In this document: positions 1 to 9,228 of the stretch, piece after piece
Layout of the letters: each line of letters opens with the position of its first letter
Position numbering within the stretch: position 1 is the stretch's first letter
Assembly (NCBI GenBank): GCA_963786955.1
Contig: CAWBAT010000006.1
Span: 864,001 to 928,000 of the forward strand
Direction: 5' to 3'
DNA from: an uncultured Acidimicrobiia bacterium
GTDB lineage: Bacteria > Acidobacteriota > Terriglobia > Versatilivoradales > Versatilivoraceae
DNA length: 64,000 bases
Notes under the pieces: generated by a model
Database searches by the model: none
What the model was told of the DNA's origin: nothing
What the model saw: only the letters and a program-made list of their open reading frames with translations
Made by a program: the position numbers and the translations under genes

Positions 1-537
1 GGACAGCGAAGCCACATCTTGGAAGGAACGGCCTTTGGGCATGAGGCTGAATTCTTCGGAAGACACGTTGCTTCCCATAGCGATGCTCTGAGTGTCAATC
101 ACTGGGGCACCTTCTGTAATCAGGACAGTCTGTTCCAGAGTTCCTACTTGAAGGGTAATGTCAATCTTCAAAACCTTGCCGAGGAGCATGATGACATCGG
201 GAAGCTGATATTTCGAAAATCCTTTCAATTCCCCAGTCACCGTGTAGCGGCCCGGCTCCAGGCTGCGCAGCACATAAAGGCCTTCGCTTGTAGATTCAGT
301 CGTCGTGATACGATTCGTAACTTGGTTGGTCGCCGTAATCGATGCTCTCGGCAAGACAGCGCCAGAACTGTCTTTCACAACTCCTTCGATAGTGCCAGTT
401 TTCTCCTGTCCAAACAGGTTCTGACTTGAAAACAGGACAAAACTTATGATCAATAGAAATGCTAGCGTTAGAATTACAAAATCTTTCCGAATCAAGCACT
501 CGTTTCTTGCGGAAGCATTGATTCTCATGATTTTCAT
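1..537 (-). CDS. TonB-dependent receptor (Oar-like, N-terminal carboxypeptidase-regulatory-like domain); 5' part only, runs off the window
   Basis: Manual translation from ATG 537 (RBS AAGGAG upstream) is open to base 1: MKIMRINASARNECLIRKDFVILTLAFLL...QEKTGTIEGVVKDSSGAVLP...LEPGRY...FSKYQLPDVIMLLGK...PKGRSFQ; clearly paralogous to the N-terminus of the 1895-5047 protein. Confidence 0.9.
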   Translation of the reverse strand, partial: MKIMRINASARNECLIRKDFVILTLAFLLIISFVLFSSQNLFGQEKTGTIEGVVKDSSGAVLPRASITATNQVTNRITTTESTSEGLYVLRSLEPGRYTVTGELKGFSKYQLPDVIMLLGKVLKIDITLQVGTLEQTVLITEGAPVIDTQSIAMGSNVSSEEFSLMPKGRSFQDVASLS

Positions 538-1012
538 TCTCCTTTTATCCAAGATAATCGGATTGGAAACATACTTTCAGTGATGGCTAAGATTCCGGAA
601 AACGAGTTCCAAGAAACAACCATACGGCGTTATTAGAATGAATAAAGAGTTAGGGTCGAGATCTTTTAAGGATGCCCGGGAAATTTCTACTCTCATTAGA
701 GAGACCCTAAGAATCCAACAATTTCAACAGGTAAGGGGTAATTGTGATCCCGTTTAATCGGGTATTTCTTGGTGTTTCTTATTTTTAAGGTACTTTGAAT
801 TAGTATCCTGGAGAGATGAAGAAATCCGGGACTATGATGAACTATATAATTCCCAGCTTGTTATAAGACAGAGCAAAATATTCGCCAAACTAGGGTACTT
901 TGTTAGGATTAAATGCAACCAGTTGAAAAGACTGATGAATTTCGCTACCTTCAAAACTTTGAGATTTTGTTATCTTGACTAGTTGACTCAATTTTATACA
1001 ATTTTTCGTATG
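538..1012. repeat. Upstream non-coding region duplicated with 5048-5520
   Basis: Near-identical colinear sequence upstream of both receptor genes (e.g. attgtgatcccgtttaatcgggtatttcttggtgtttcttatttttaaggtact in both). Confidence 0.92.
873..887 (-). promoter_or_regulatory. Putative sigma54 (-24/-12) promoter for the first receptor gene
   Basis: Minus strand TGGCGAATATTTTGC = GG-N10-GC; IHF-like site TTTCAACTGGTTG at 916-928 and palindrome TTGACTCAA at 983-991 further upstream. Confidence 0.65.
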
Positions 1013-1080
1013 CTTATGTATGAATATACGAGAAATAGGTTCTGTCAGGCATACACTTGGCGTTACTCGAATGAGGTCTG

Positions 1081-1345
1081 GATTCAGTAGCCTGGAAAGA
1101 TGAAGAGAGTTGGGACCTATGAGATGAGATACTCAAAACCCTAACCCATTGTTAACACTGCAAAACATCTACCAAACTGGTGCTATTGTTTCGGAATTAA
1201 CTGCAACCAGTTGAAAAGACTGATGAATTTTGTTACGGTCTGGACTTCCTTCTTGGATCTATTTGATCTAATGGGGGAATTCCGCAAATGCCTGAAGGGT
1301 ATATGGCTCAAGGTGCGCCTTCTGGCCCACCGTTTGACTCAATTT
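1081..1345. repeat. Diverged additional copy of the promoter module (similar to ~798-994 and ~5306-5502)
   Basis: Shares cctgg..agatga, gcaaaa-n-ccaaact, tgcaaccagttgaaaagactgatgaattt and ttgactcaattt in the same order. Confidence 0.8.
1160..1174 (-). promoter_or_regulatory. Putative second sigma54 promoter
   Basis: Minus strand TGGTAGATGTTTTGC(A) = GG-N10-GC; IHF-like site at 1204-1216. Confidence 0.55.
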
Positions 1346-1480
1346 TCTATCTTTCCTATGCTTCCGTTAGAATATACAAAAGAAATAGATTCCCGCATCT
1401 TCACTGATTTCATTTCTCTCTGTCCAAGTTTCTTAGATGAATTCGAGACCTTGTGTGCGTTGCGTTTTGACTGTCAATGT

Positions 1481-1553
1481 GGTGGAGCGGGCGCGTGGGA
1501 CCGCTGTCCCCCTGCGCACGCTCATTAACGCGCGACGGAGCCCTTGTTCCACC
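1481..1553. repeat. REP-like palindromic element, family A (GGTGGAGCGGGCGC...GTTCCACC)
   Basis: Related copies at 14519-14573 and (inverted) 47484-47554. Confidence 0.75.
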
Positions 1554-1692
1554 CTCCGTAACTAAGAAGGAGTGAAGACATTCTGATTCACGGTGAGACG
1601 CCGCCATTGTCACATTCCATATTCGGCCTCGTGAAACTCGGCCATCCCGAGATTTGCCAATTGGAGGGCGGAACTCTGCGATGCCGTCCAAA

Positions 1693-1762
1693 GTAGGGGC
1701 GAAGCATTCTGTGACAGGCGGTGAATCTATTTATACGTTGCGAGTGAATGCTTCGCCCCTAC
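1693..1762. repeat. GTAG-type REP/REPIN inverted repeat
   Basis: GTAGGGGCGAAGCATTC ... GAATGCTTCGCCCCTAC, perfect 17-bp inverted repeat. Confidence 0.8.
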
Positions 1763-1833
1763 AAATTCGACGGTGTCAGGATATGATGTAATGCTCAATA
1801 TCTATCAAAAGCTTGGCGCCCAGGGCAACTTTC

Positions 1834-1864
1834 AAAAAAAAGGATGGGCCAGGCGGCCCATCCT
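1834..1864 (-). terminator. Rho-independent terminator of the second receptor gene
   Basis: Minus strand AGGATGGGCC-GCCT-GGCCCATCCT followed by a T run, ~30 nt after the stop codon. Confidence 0.85.
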
Positions 1865-1894
1865 GTTGATTTCCTACATTGAGTTCCATCCCAG

Positions 1895-4800
1895 CTAGAA
1901 AGTGAACTTCACTCCGATTCGGCCTGTGAAGCCCGGGTTAAAGATCGCCGCCATCCCGTATCTTGGATCCAGCGCCCTTCCAGTTAACCCGTCAGTTGTC
2001 TTGGCAACCAAATCTTGGTAGTTGTAACCATTCGCCAAATTGGTGCTGTCCATGCTGGGCTGCGAAGATGCTCGATTTTGATAATTATAGTCCGGGAATG
2101 TGTATCGATTCGTTTTCTGGTTGAATACATTGATCGCATTGAATTCAAACCGCAGCGTTTTTTGTTCCCCTAACTTAAATTCCTGTGCGATCAGGAAATC
2201 TGTCTGGTTCAGGAAGGGAGTCCGTCCTAAGTCTCCCCGGCCATTCACAAAGAGTGGAATTGTGTTATTTTCCCACATATAGGTCGAAATGGGGGTACCA
2301 CTCCCCCCGTAATAGAAACCGCCAAATTGAAGTCCAAACTTAAATTGGTAAGACCCATAAAGCTTAAAAACGTGGGGACGGTCCGTGGCAAGGCGTCCCT
2401 TTACGTCAAGAGTGCCATGCGAATCCCAGAACAAGTCGTACAAGTCATAGGCCCGGTGATTATTGGCACCCTCACGTGAAACATCACCGCCGAGTTGCTG
2501 AGCGACTGGCGAAGAGAAGCCCAGCGTCGGTGGCCGGATTTCGTCAGAATTGGCCAATCCTGAATAGTTCCCGTAGAGCCTGCTATAGACATAACTGGCA
2601 CTGGCCAACCAGCCATTGCCGAAGCGTCTCGTCAGCGACAATTCCATCGCATCGTAAGTCCTTATGGGTAGTGGAGTCGGAAAAGGGGCGGTTGCGCTTC
2701 CGAAGGTTGGGGTAATAGCAGCTTGGCCTATTCCGGGATTCCCTTCGATATAAGTTTCATCGCCGTTCTTGATCGTCCCGATGTCCTCAATGGTCTGGTT
2801 GAGTTTACTGTGAATATAGTGGCCAGAGAAAACCAAGTTGGGTCTCAACTCCCACTCCAGCCCAGCATTAAACTGATCTTCACTCATGGGCTTGATGCCT
2901 GGGTCAACACCCTCGAAATCAATTACCCTGCGATCACGGTAAGAGCCGGGCACGGAATTCCAAAGGTTTCGACCAGGCAGATTGCCATTGCCCAGCGAGA
3001 AGACATCTGTCGTATCCAGCGAGCGATACTGTATGTGCCAGATGTCTCCACCATAACTAGCGCGGGCCAGTTGATACTTGGTCCAGTCGTAAAGGCGCCC
3101 CCAACTCCCAAAGACCTTCATTTTCCCGTTTCCGAACACATCGAAATTTATCCCGAGCCGCGGCGACATTTTGGAGCCGAAGCCAAATTTAAACGCATAT
3201 TCCTTAATAGCACGATTGAACGACGGCAGTCCTTCATTTTCCGTCCGAATGCCCAGGCTCAGAACGACTCGAGGAGAGACTCTCCACTGGTCCTGGACGT
3301 ACAGGCTGATGACACTGGCGCCGGTCGTGCCACGAGTCCCAAAATCGTCCGATTCGTAGTACCCGTATTTTCCTCGATCCGTGATCCCGGTGTTGCGGCT
3401 CGTGAAACTCCTATTCCAAAAAACATAAACGTAACCCCCACCGGGATAGGTCGTGTCCACATTGTTGACGGTCTTCTGATCACCGACTCCTGCTTTCAGA
3501 TTGTGCGATCCCCATCCGGTGAATGCTTTGCTGTAATCCAAATTGACGTAGGTGCGTGTAACCAGATCGTGGTCCGCTCCCTGAACCCGGGGGGTATTGG
3601 TGTAACCAATACCTCCAACCTGCCCCGGAGGGATTTCACTTTCAAAAGGCGTTCCGATGTTTGAGGTTTGGTACTCCACTGCGCTGATGTTAGGTATTCC
3701 GGTGGCATGGTAATCGTCCCAGAAATACCCACCCCTGATGCTGAGCAACGAGGTGGGGTCAAGAGTAAAATTGAGGTTCCCCGTATAACTCGACTGGGGC
3801 GAATAAAATCCCTGCACCTTATTGGGTGCAAGGGCCTTACTGGTGCTGGTGATCCCATTCCCATAAGATCCATTATTGGCAGGGAGCCTGCCAGTAGAGT
3901 AGATAGGCGTGTAAAGCCAGGCGAAATTGGTTGAGATCCGACTCGTGGGATCATATGAGATCTTGGCAAACGACTGCATGTAGAACTGGTCTTGACTGAA
4001 TGAGTCTGGAACAGTACCATTGCTGGTAAGATAGGGGATGGTTCGTCTTTGCCAACGAGGAGAGGACGCCAGGAAAAAGTACAACTTGTTTTTAATCAGG
4101 TAGCCACCCAGTGAACCGCCAACCTCGTAACCGTTATTATCGCCCTTGTTATCCTGGACATAGTATCCAGGGGGGGGGTTATTAGTATTAACCGGATCAA
4201 GAACCAGCCGGCTGACCGGTCCGGCACTGACTGGGGCCCCGCCGTAGTAAAAGTGCGCGTCCCCGTGAAACGCGTTGCCACCGGACTTAGTCACAGCGCT
4301 GATGACCCCTCCTAAGGCTCCTCCATATTCGGCCTCGATCCCGGCGGTTTTCACTTGGACTTCCTGCAAGATATCGAAAATCGCGTCCTGGCGAGATCTG
4401 CCATTGATACCGCTAGCCGTGGAAATCCCATCAATGGTGAAGCTGTTCTCCGCCCCGCTTGACCCGTTAACCTGGAATCCTCCCTCAATCTGTCCGGAAT
4501 TCACGGAAGGCGAGGTGAGCACCAGACCCTGGAAACTGCGGCCCTTCGGCAGTCGATCAAACTCTTCGGAAGAAACGTTGTGGGCAACTGTTGTGCTCTG
4601 TGTGTCAATCATTGGGGGGTTATCCGAAATCTGGACAGCCTGTTCTAGCGTTCCTACTTGAAGGTTCATGTCAATCTTCAAAGTCTTGCCGAGCAGCATG
4701 ATGACATCGGGGAGTTGATATTTCGAAAACCCTTTCAATTCACCAGCTACCGCGTAGCGGCCAGGCTCTAGGTTACGCAGTACGTAAAGGCCGCTGCCTG

Positions 4801-5047
4801 AGCTTTGAGTAGTGATAACGCGGTTCGTGGCTTTGTTGGTTGCCGTTATTGTAGCTCCCGGCAGGACAGCACCAGAACTATCTTTCACAATTCCTTCGAT
4901 ACTGCTGGTTTGCTCCTGTCCAAGCAGACCTTGACTTGAAAACAGGACAAGACACATGATCACTAGTAATGCCAGCGGCAGGATTCCAAAATCTTTCCGA
5001 ATCAAGCACTCGTTTCTTGCGGAAGCATTGATTCTCATGATTTTCAT
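1895..5047 (-). CDS. TonB-dependent receptor, Oar-like, with carboxypeptidase-regulatory-like N-domain
   Basis: ~1050 aa; signal peptide, IEGIVKDSSGAVLPGATITATN N-domain, plug EVQVKTAGIEAEYGGALGGVISAVTKSG, YVQDQWRV barrel motif, C-terminal GVKFTF; ATG 5047 has an AAGGAG RBS. Confidence 0.93.
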   Translation of the reverse strand: MKIMRINASARNECLIRKDFGILPLALLVIMCLVLFSSQGLLGQEQTSSIEGIVKDSSGAVLPGATITATNKATNRVITTQSSGSGLYVLRNLEPGRYAVAGELKGFSKYQLPDVIMLLGKTLKIDMNLQVGTLEQAVQISDNPPMIDTQSTTVAHNVSSEEFDRLPKGRSFQGLVLTSPSVNSGQIEGGFQVNGSSGAENSFTIDGISTASGINGRSRQDAIFDILQEVQVKTAGIEAEYGGALGGVISAVTKSGGNAFHGDAHFYYGGAPVSAGPVSRLVLDPVNTNNPPPGYYVQDNKGDNNGYEVGGSLGGYLIKNKLYFFLASSPRWQRRTIPYLTSNGTVPDSFSQDQFYMQSFAKISYDPTSRISTNFAWLYTPIYSTGRLPANNGSYGNGITSTSKALAPNKVQGFYSPQSSYTGNLNFTLDPTSLLSIRGGYFWDDYHATGIPNISAVEYQTSNIGTPFESEIPPGQVGGIGYTNTPRVQGADHDLVTRTYVNLDYSKAFTGWGSHNLKAGVGDQKTVNNVDTTYPGGGYVYVFWNRSFTSRNTGITDRGKYGYYESDDFGTRGTTGASVISLYVQDQWRVSPRVVLSLGIRTENEGLPSFNRAIKEYAFKFGFGSKMSPRLGINFDVFGNGKMKVFGSWGRLYDWTKYQLARASYGGDIWHIQYRSLDTTDVFSLGNGNLPGRNLWNSVPGSYRDRRVIDFEGVDPGIKPMSEDQFNAGLEWELRPNLVFSGHYIHSKLNQTIEDIGTIKNGDETYIEGNPGIGQAAITPTFGSATAPFPTPLPIRTYDAMELSLTRRFGNGWLASASYVYSRLYGNYSGLANSDEIRPPTLGFSSPVAQQLGGDVSREGANNHRAYDLYDLFWDSHGTLDVKGRLATDRPHVFKLYGSYQFKFGLQFGGFYYGGSGTPISTYMWENNTIPLFVNGRGDLGRTPFLNQTDFLIAQEFKLGEQKTLRFEFNAINVFNQKTNRYTFPDYNYQNRASSQPSMDSTNLANGYNYQDLVAKTTDGLTGRALDPRYGMAAIFNPGFTGRIGVKFTF

Positions 5048-5380
5048 TCTCCTTTTATCCAAATAAATGGATTGGAAACATACTTTCAGTAATGGCTAAG
5101 ATTCCGAAAAGCGAGTTCCAAAAAGCAACCATACGTGGCTATTAGAATGAATAAAGAGGTAGAGTCGAGATCTCTTGAGGATGCCCTGTAAATTCTTACT
5201 CTCATTAGAGAGAGCCTAAGAATCCAACAATTTCAACAGGTAAGGGTAATTGTGATCCCGTTTAATCGGGTATTTCTTGGTGTTTCTTATTTTTAAGGTA
5301 CTTAGAATTAGTATCCTGGGAAGATGATGAAATCCGGGACTAGAATGAACCATATAATTCCGGGATCGACATACGACGAT

Positions 5381-5395
5381 GCAAAATATCTACCA
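5381..5395 (-). promoter_or_regulatory. Putative sigma54 promoter for the second receptor gene
   Basis: Minus strand TGGTAGATATTTTGC(A); IHF-like site 5424-5436; palindrome AATTGACTCAATT at 5489-5501. Confidence 0.65.
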
Positions 5396-5592
5396 AACTA
5401 GGGTACTTTGTTAGGATTAAATGCAACCAGTTGAAAAGACTGATGAATTTCGCTACGGTCAAAACTTTGAGACTTTGTTATCTTGACTAATTGACTCAAT
5501 TTCATACAAATTTTCGTATGATTCGAATAAAAAATACGAAAAAAAATATATTTATTGGATTCTATCTTCTCTGAAAAATAAGGGTTCGTCGC

Positions 5593-5798
5593 TTAGTACT
5601 GCTATTCGGCGTAACGGTGACGTTTCTGAGGTTAGGCGCCGCGTGGGGTCACGCGGCCTACAAAGTTGTAGGCCGGGTCACCGACCCGGCGTTAACGTCA
5701 CCGTATTTATGAATTGCAGTACTTAGGGTTGCTGCGCTCTATAAATACCGTGACGCATCTTAGGATAATTCACCTCATTTATGAAACGCAGTACTTAA
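5593..5798. mobile_element. MITE-like element (~135 bp) plus an adjacent partial copy
   Basis: Termini TTAGTACTGCTATTC / GAATTGCAGTACTTAG, inner IR ACGGTGACG/CGTCACCGT, core GTAGGCCGGGTCACCGACCCGGC; related copies at 35369-35519 and 37251-37401. Confidence 0.7.
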
Positions 5799-6058
5799 CC
5801 CTCGACCAGCTTACTCATTCAAACTGTTCAAAAAAAGCGCGATTTTGTTCAGTGATGTTGCTATGATTAAAAATTGGGTGATTTAGAGCATTTTTTGCAG
5901 TGAGTGACTGACACTTAGCACTAACTTGCAGAAGTTCATTCTGTAGCAACAGGCCTCCAGGCCTGTTGTGCGGGGCCAGCAGCCTCGGCTACTACTGAGC
6001 CTTGCAACATCGCACGACAGGCGTGAACGCCTGTCGCTACATAAGAAAGTGGAATCAC

Positions 6059-7534
6059 ATGAGCAAAGGCAGAAAGATCATTCTGGGAGCGGTTGGAGTC
6101 ATCGTCGTTGCCACCGGAATCACCGTTGCCATACATTATCGGAACAAAGACGTTGTGACCGTTCAGACGGGCAAAGTAGTTCAAATGGACAACCTGGTTC
6201 AGACCGTTTCGGCCTCCGGTGAAATCAAGCCTCTGAAATACATCAACATCACAGCTAACTCGTTCGGCCGGATCGTGGAGATAGCCGTTAAAGAGGGAGA
6301 CCATGTCAAGCAGGGTGATCCGTTGTTGAAGCAGGAATCGGTTCAGTCTTCAGCCGATTTGAGAAGCGCAGAGGCTTTGCTGCAACAAGTTAAGGATGAC
6401 CAAGAAGGCTTGGAGGCGGCTTATCGCTCTTCTGAAGCGATATTGAGGACATCACAGGCTGAACTGGTTCGTACCCGGGCCGACTACGATAAGGCCAAGA
6501 TTGACTATGATCGCATGCAGAATCTTCTTAAGGAAGGCCTGATCTCAAAATCGCAATTCGACCAGGCTAATTCCGCGTTTGAGGTTGCCAGGGCCCAGGT
6601 CGATTCAGCCATCGCCAGAGTCCAGCAATCTGAGGCTCAGCTCAAACAGTCTGACAAGGCCCGAATCTCGGCAAGCAGCCGGATCGTGCAGCAAAAAGGG
6701 GCTATCGCGCGAATTACGGATCAGGTCAGCAAAACGGTCTACCTCGCTCCCCTCACCGGGGTGGTGACCAATCTTCCGGTGCACGTCGGCGAGTCTGCGG
6801 TCCCGGGAATTCAAAATGCCATTGGCAGCAATCTCATGACGCTCGCCGATCTCTCCGTCATTACTGCTGAAGTAAAAGTTGACGAAACCGACATCGTGAA
6901 TGTCCAACTGGGTCAGGAGGCGGAAGTCACGGTCGATGCCATTCCAAACAAGATTTTCAAAGGGAAAGTGACCGAAGTGGGGAGTAGCGCATTGACTCGA
7001 AGCGGACAGGCAGCCGGTTCCGGGATCACCTCTTCGACAAGCCAGGAGGCAAAGGATTTCAAAGTGGTCGTTACTTTGTTGAATCCCACCGAACAACTCA
7101 AACCAGGGCTATCGACTACTGCAAAAATCACTACGGCTGTTCGTAATAATGTGCTTACTATTCCAATTCAGGCCTTGACCATTCGTGAATTGGACAAAGA
7201 AGGGGAAGCAGGCAAAAGCTCCTTGGTGGACCCTGAGACGGCCAAAGCCGCAAACTCCACTGAGAACAATGGGAAGGAGTCCTCTCGTCCTCTGGCGGGG
7301 AAGAACCCCAAAAAGAAGGAACAACAAGGTGTCTTTGTGGTTAAAGAAGAAAAGGCCCTCTTCGTTCCGGTCACAACCGGGATTACCGGTCAAACTGAAA
7401 TCGAAGTCTTGAGTGGTCTCAAAGCGGGTGATGAAATTGTCACCGGCAGTTACAAGACGTTACGCACTTTAGAGGCTGGCACTCGAATTAAGATCGACAA
7501 CAAAACTGTAGTAAAAGGAGAGAAGAAGGAATAA
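6059..7534 (+). CDS. Efflux RND/ABC transporter periplasmic adaptor (MacA/HlyD-like)
   Basis: N-terminal TM, SASGEIKP, VKEGDHVKQGDPL lipoyl-like motif, coiled coil, APLTGVV, VDETDIVNVQLGQ, GLKAGDEIV. Confidence 0.92.
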   Translation: MSKGRKIILGAVGVIVVATGITVAIHYRNKDVVTVQTGKVVQMDNLVQTVSASGEIKPLKYINITANSFGRIVEIAVKEGDHVKQGDPLLKQESVQSSADLRSAEALLQQVKDDQEGLEAAYRSSEAILRTSQAELVRTRADYDKAKIDYDRMQNLLKEGLISKSQFDQANSAFEVARAQVDSAIARVQQSEAQLKQSDKARISASSRIVQQKGAIARITDQVSKTVYLAPLTGVVTNLPVHVGESAVPGIQNAIGSNLMTLADLSVITAEVKVDETDIVNVQLGQEAEVTVDAIPNKIFKGKVTEVGSSALTRSGQAAGSGITSSTSQEAKDFKVVVTLLNPTEQLKPGLSTTAKITTAVRNNVLTIPIQALTIRELDKEGEAGKSSLVDPETAKAANSTENNGKESSRPLAGKNPKKKEQQGVFVVKEEKALFVPVTTGITGQTEIEVLSGLKAGDEIVTGSYKTLRTLEAGTRIKIDNKTVVKGEKKE

Positions 7535-7570
7535 AGGCTTGGACATGGGGTGGTTTTGAGTTGGAATTCC

Positions 7571-7779
7571 CCCTACCCGCAATCGATCTCAAAGCGGGAA
7601 TGAATCGATAGTTCGTAGGAAACCGACGCGGTTCCGTTCCTGGTGAGAAATGGGGACGCTGCGGCGAGCGTTCCCTACGGTGCTAAAAAGCACAGCCGCT
7701 GTATCATGCTACGATTGCGGGTAGGGCGGTTTCGCCGAAACCGCCGACTGACGGCGCGCTGCGGCGAGCGCGCCCTACC
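7571..7779. repeat. Nested GTAGG-type REP elements
   Basis: Outer IR CCCTACCCGCAATCG/CGATTGCGGGTAGGG encloses CGTAGG...CCTACG (7614-7679; related inverted copy 47756-47852); GGTAGGGCGG...GCGCGCCCTACC 7720-7779 is related to 19755-19814 and 53652-53705. Confidence 0.75.
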
Positions 7780-7860
7780 TTAAACCCCAATTTTGCACCA
7801 GAAACCAGCCAAGGGTGATATTTAGATGTTTGAAACTTCAAGGTAAATTTCGAGGACAAA

Positions 7861-8583
7861 ATGGCCATTCCCCAAGTATCGAATGAAGACGGTTCCAACG
7901 GCCACCTCATACGGACGAACAACCTCTGGAAGACGTATCAGATGGGGGCAGAAAAGATCCACGCCTTGGCGGGAGTTTCATTCGATGTTGGCAAGAACGA
8001 GTACTTGGCGATCATGGGCCCCTCAGGCTCGGGAAAGTCTACCCTGATGAATCTGATTGGCTGTCTGGACACGCCGACCGAAGGTGAGTATTACATCAAT
8101 GGCCGGTTGGTCAGCTCAATGAATGATGACGAGTTGGCTTATATTCGAAACAAGGAAATTGGTTTTGTTTTTCAGACTTTCAACCTCTTACCCAGGGCCT
8201 CCGCTCTGCACAACGTTGAGCTACCGCTCATTTATAACGGAACTCCATCCCAAGCAAGGATTGAACGAGCCAAAAAAGCCCTGCAAATGGTTGAACTCGA
8301 GAACCGCATGCTGCATAAGCCCAACGAATTATCCGGAGGACAGCGCCAACGCGTGGCGATTGCCCGGGCTTTGGTCAACAATCCTTCAATCCTGCTGGCA
8401 GACGAACCCACGGGGAATCTGGATTCCCAGACGGGAATTGAAATCATGAAACTTTTCGACAAACTTCACAGCCAGGGAAACACCATCATCGTGGTCACTC
8501 ACGAACATGATGTTGCTGAATGTGCCCACCGCGTCATCCATCTCCGGGACGGGAAAGTAGCATCTGACGAAAAGAGGCGTTAA
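7861..8583 (+). CDS. ABC transporter ATP-binding protein (MacB/LolD-like)
   Basis: GPSGSGKS Walker A, LSGGQRQR signature, [10 protein letters not shown] Walker B/D-loop. Confidence 0.95.
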   Translation: MAIPQVSNEDGSNGHLIRTNNLWKTYQMGAEKIHALAGVSFDVGKNEYLAIMGPSGSGKSTLMNLIGCLDTPTEGEYYINGRLVSSMNDDELAYIRNKEIGFVFQTFNLLPRASALHNVELPLIYNGTPSQARIERAKKALQMVELENRMLHKPNELSGGQRQRVAIARALVNNPSILLADEPTGNLDSQTGIEIMKLFDKLHSQGNTIIVVTHEHDVAECAHRVIHLRDGKVASDEKRR

Positions 8584-8589
8584 GCATTC

Positions 8590-9228
8590 ATGCCAGCCGC
8601 TTGTCCATTATGCGAAGTGCGAAAAGCCAAGCGGTTTTGCCCCGCCAAGTCCACCCAGATTTGTTCTGTCTGTTGTGGTGAAAAACGTGAAAGAGAAATT
8701 TCTTGTCCTGCCGATTGTGTCTATCTGCAGTCCGGCCGGGAATACGAAACGGAGCGTTTAGCGAAACACTCCCCAACCCTGGCTAGGACTCCCAGACTCT
8801 GGGAACCTGCATTCCTCGAGCGGTATTACAGCATCACGATGGGGATCTGGTCCATCGTGTCAGAACAAAGAGAGCGACTCGTCGAGATCGTCGATCAAGA
8901 CGTAGGCGAAGCGCTGGAAGGCTTACTGAAGACTTACCGAACTCTCGAAAGCGGCATCTATTACGACCACGCACCCGCTTCTTATGGCGCGAAAAATATT
9001 TACGAGGCCGTCAAGGCGTACTTGGACAAAACCCATAATTCCATAGACGAGTCTGTCCCCCGGCTGAAGGTCAGTGAAATTCTGGATTGTTTGCAGTTCC
9101 AGAAGGAACTCTTCGAGGTTATTGCCCTGCCTCGCCCCAAGAGCCGAGCCTTTTTGGACCATATTCGGTCCAATGTCTCTCAAGCCCACCCTCCCCAAAG
9201 CCAGCAGTCCTCAATTATCATTCCTTAG
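8590..9228 (+). CDS. Hypothetical protein with N-terminal 8-Cys putative Zn-binding domain
   Basis: CPLC-x8-C-x7-CSVCC-x9-CPADC; starts 6 nt after the ATPase stop. Confidence 0.8.
   Translation: MPAACPLCEVRKAKRFCPAKSTQICSVCCGEKREREISCPADCVYLQSGREYETERLAKHSPTLARTPRLWEPAFLERYYSITMGIWSIVSEQRERLVEIVDQDVGEALEGLLKTYRTLESGIYYDHAPASYGAKNIYEAVKAYLDKTHNSIDESVPRLKVSEILDCLQFQKELFEVIALPRPKSRAFLDHIRSNVSQAHPPQSQQSSIIIP

Noticed and set aside
1211-1528. 105-aa ORF upstream of the first receptor
   Set aside because: Overlaps the repeated promoter module and a REP element; not protein-like
2723-3664. 313-aa plus-strand ORF and other long overlapping ORFs
   Set aside because: Antisense shadow of the TonB-dependent receptor; no motifs or RBS
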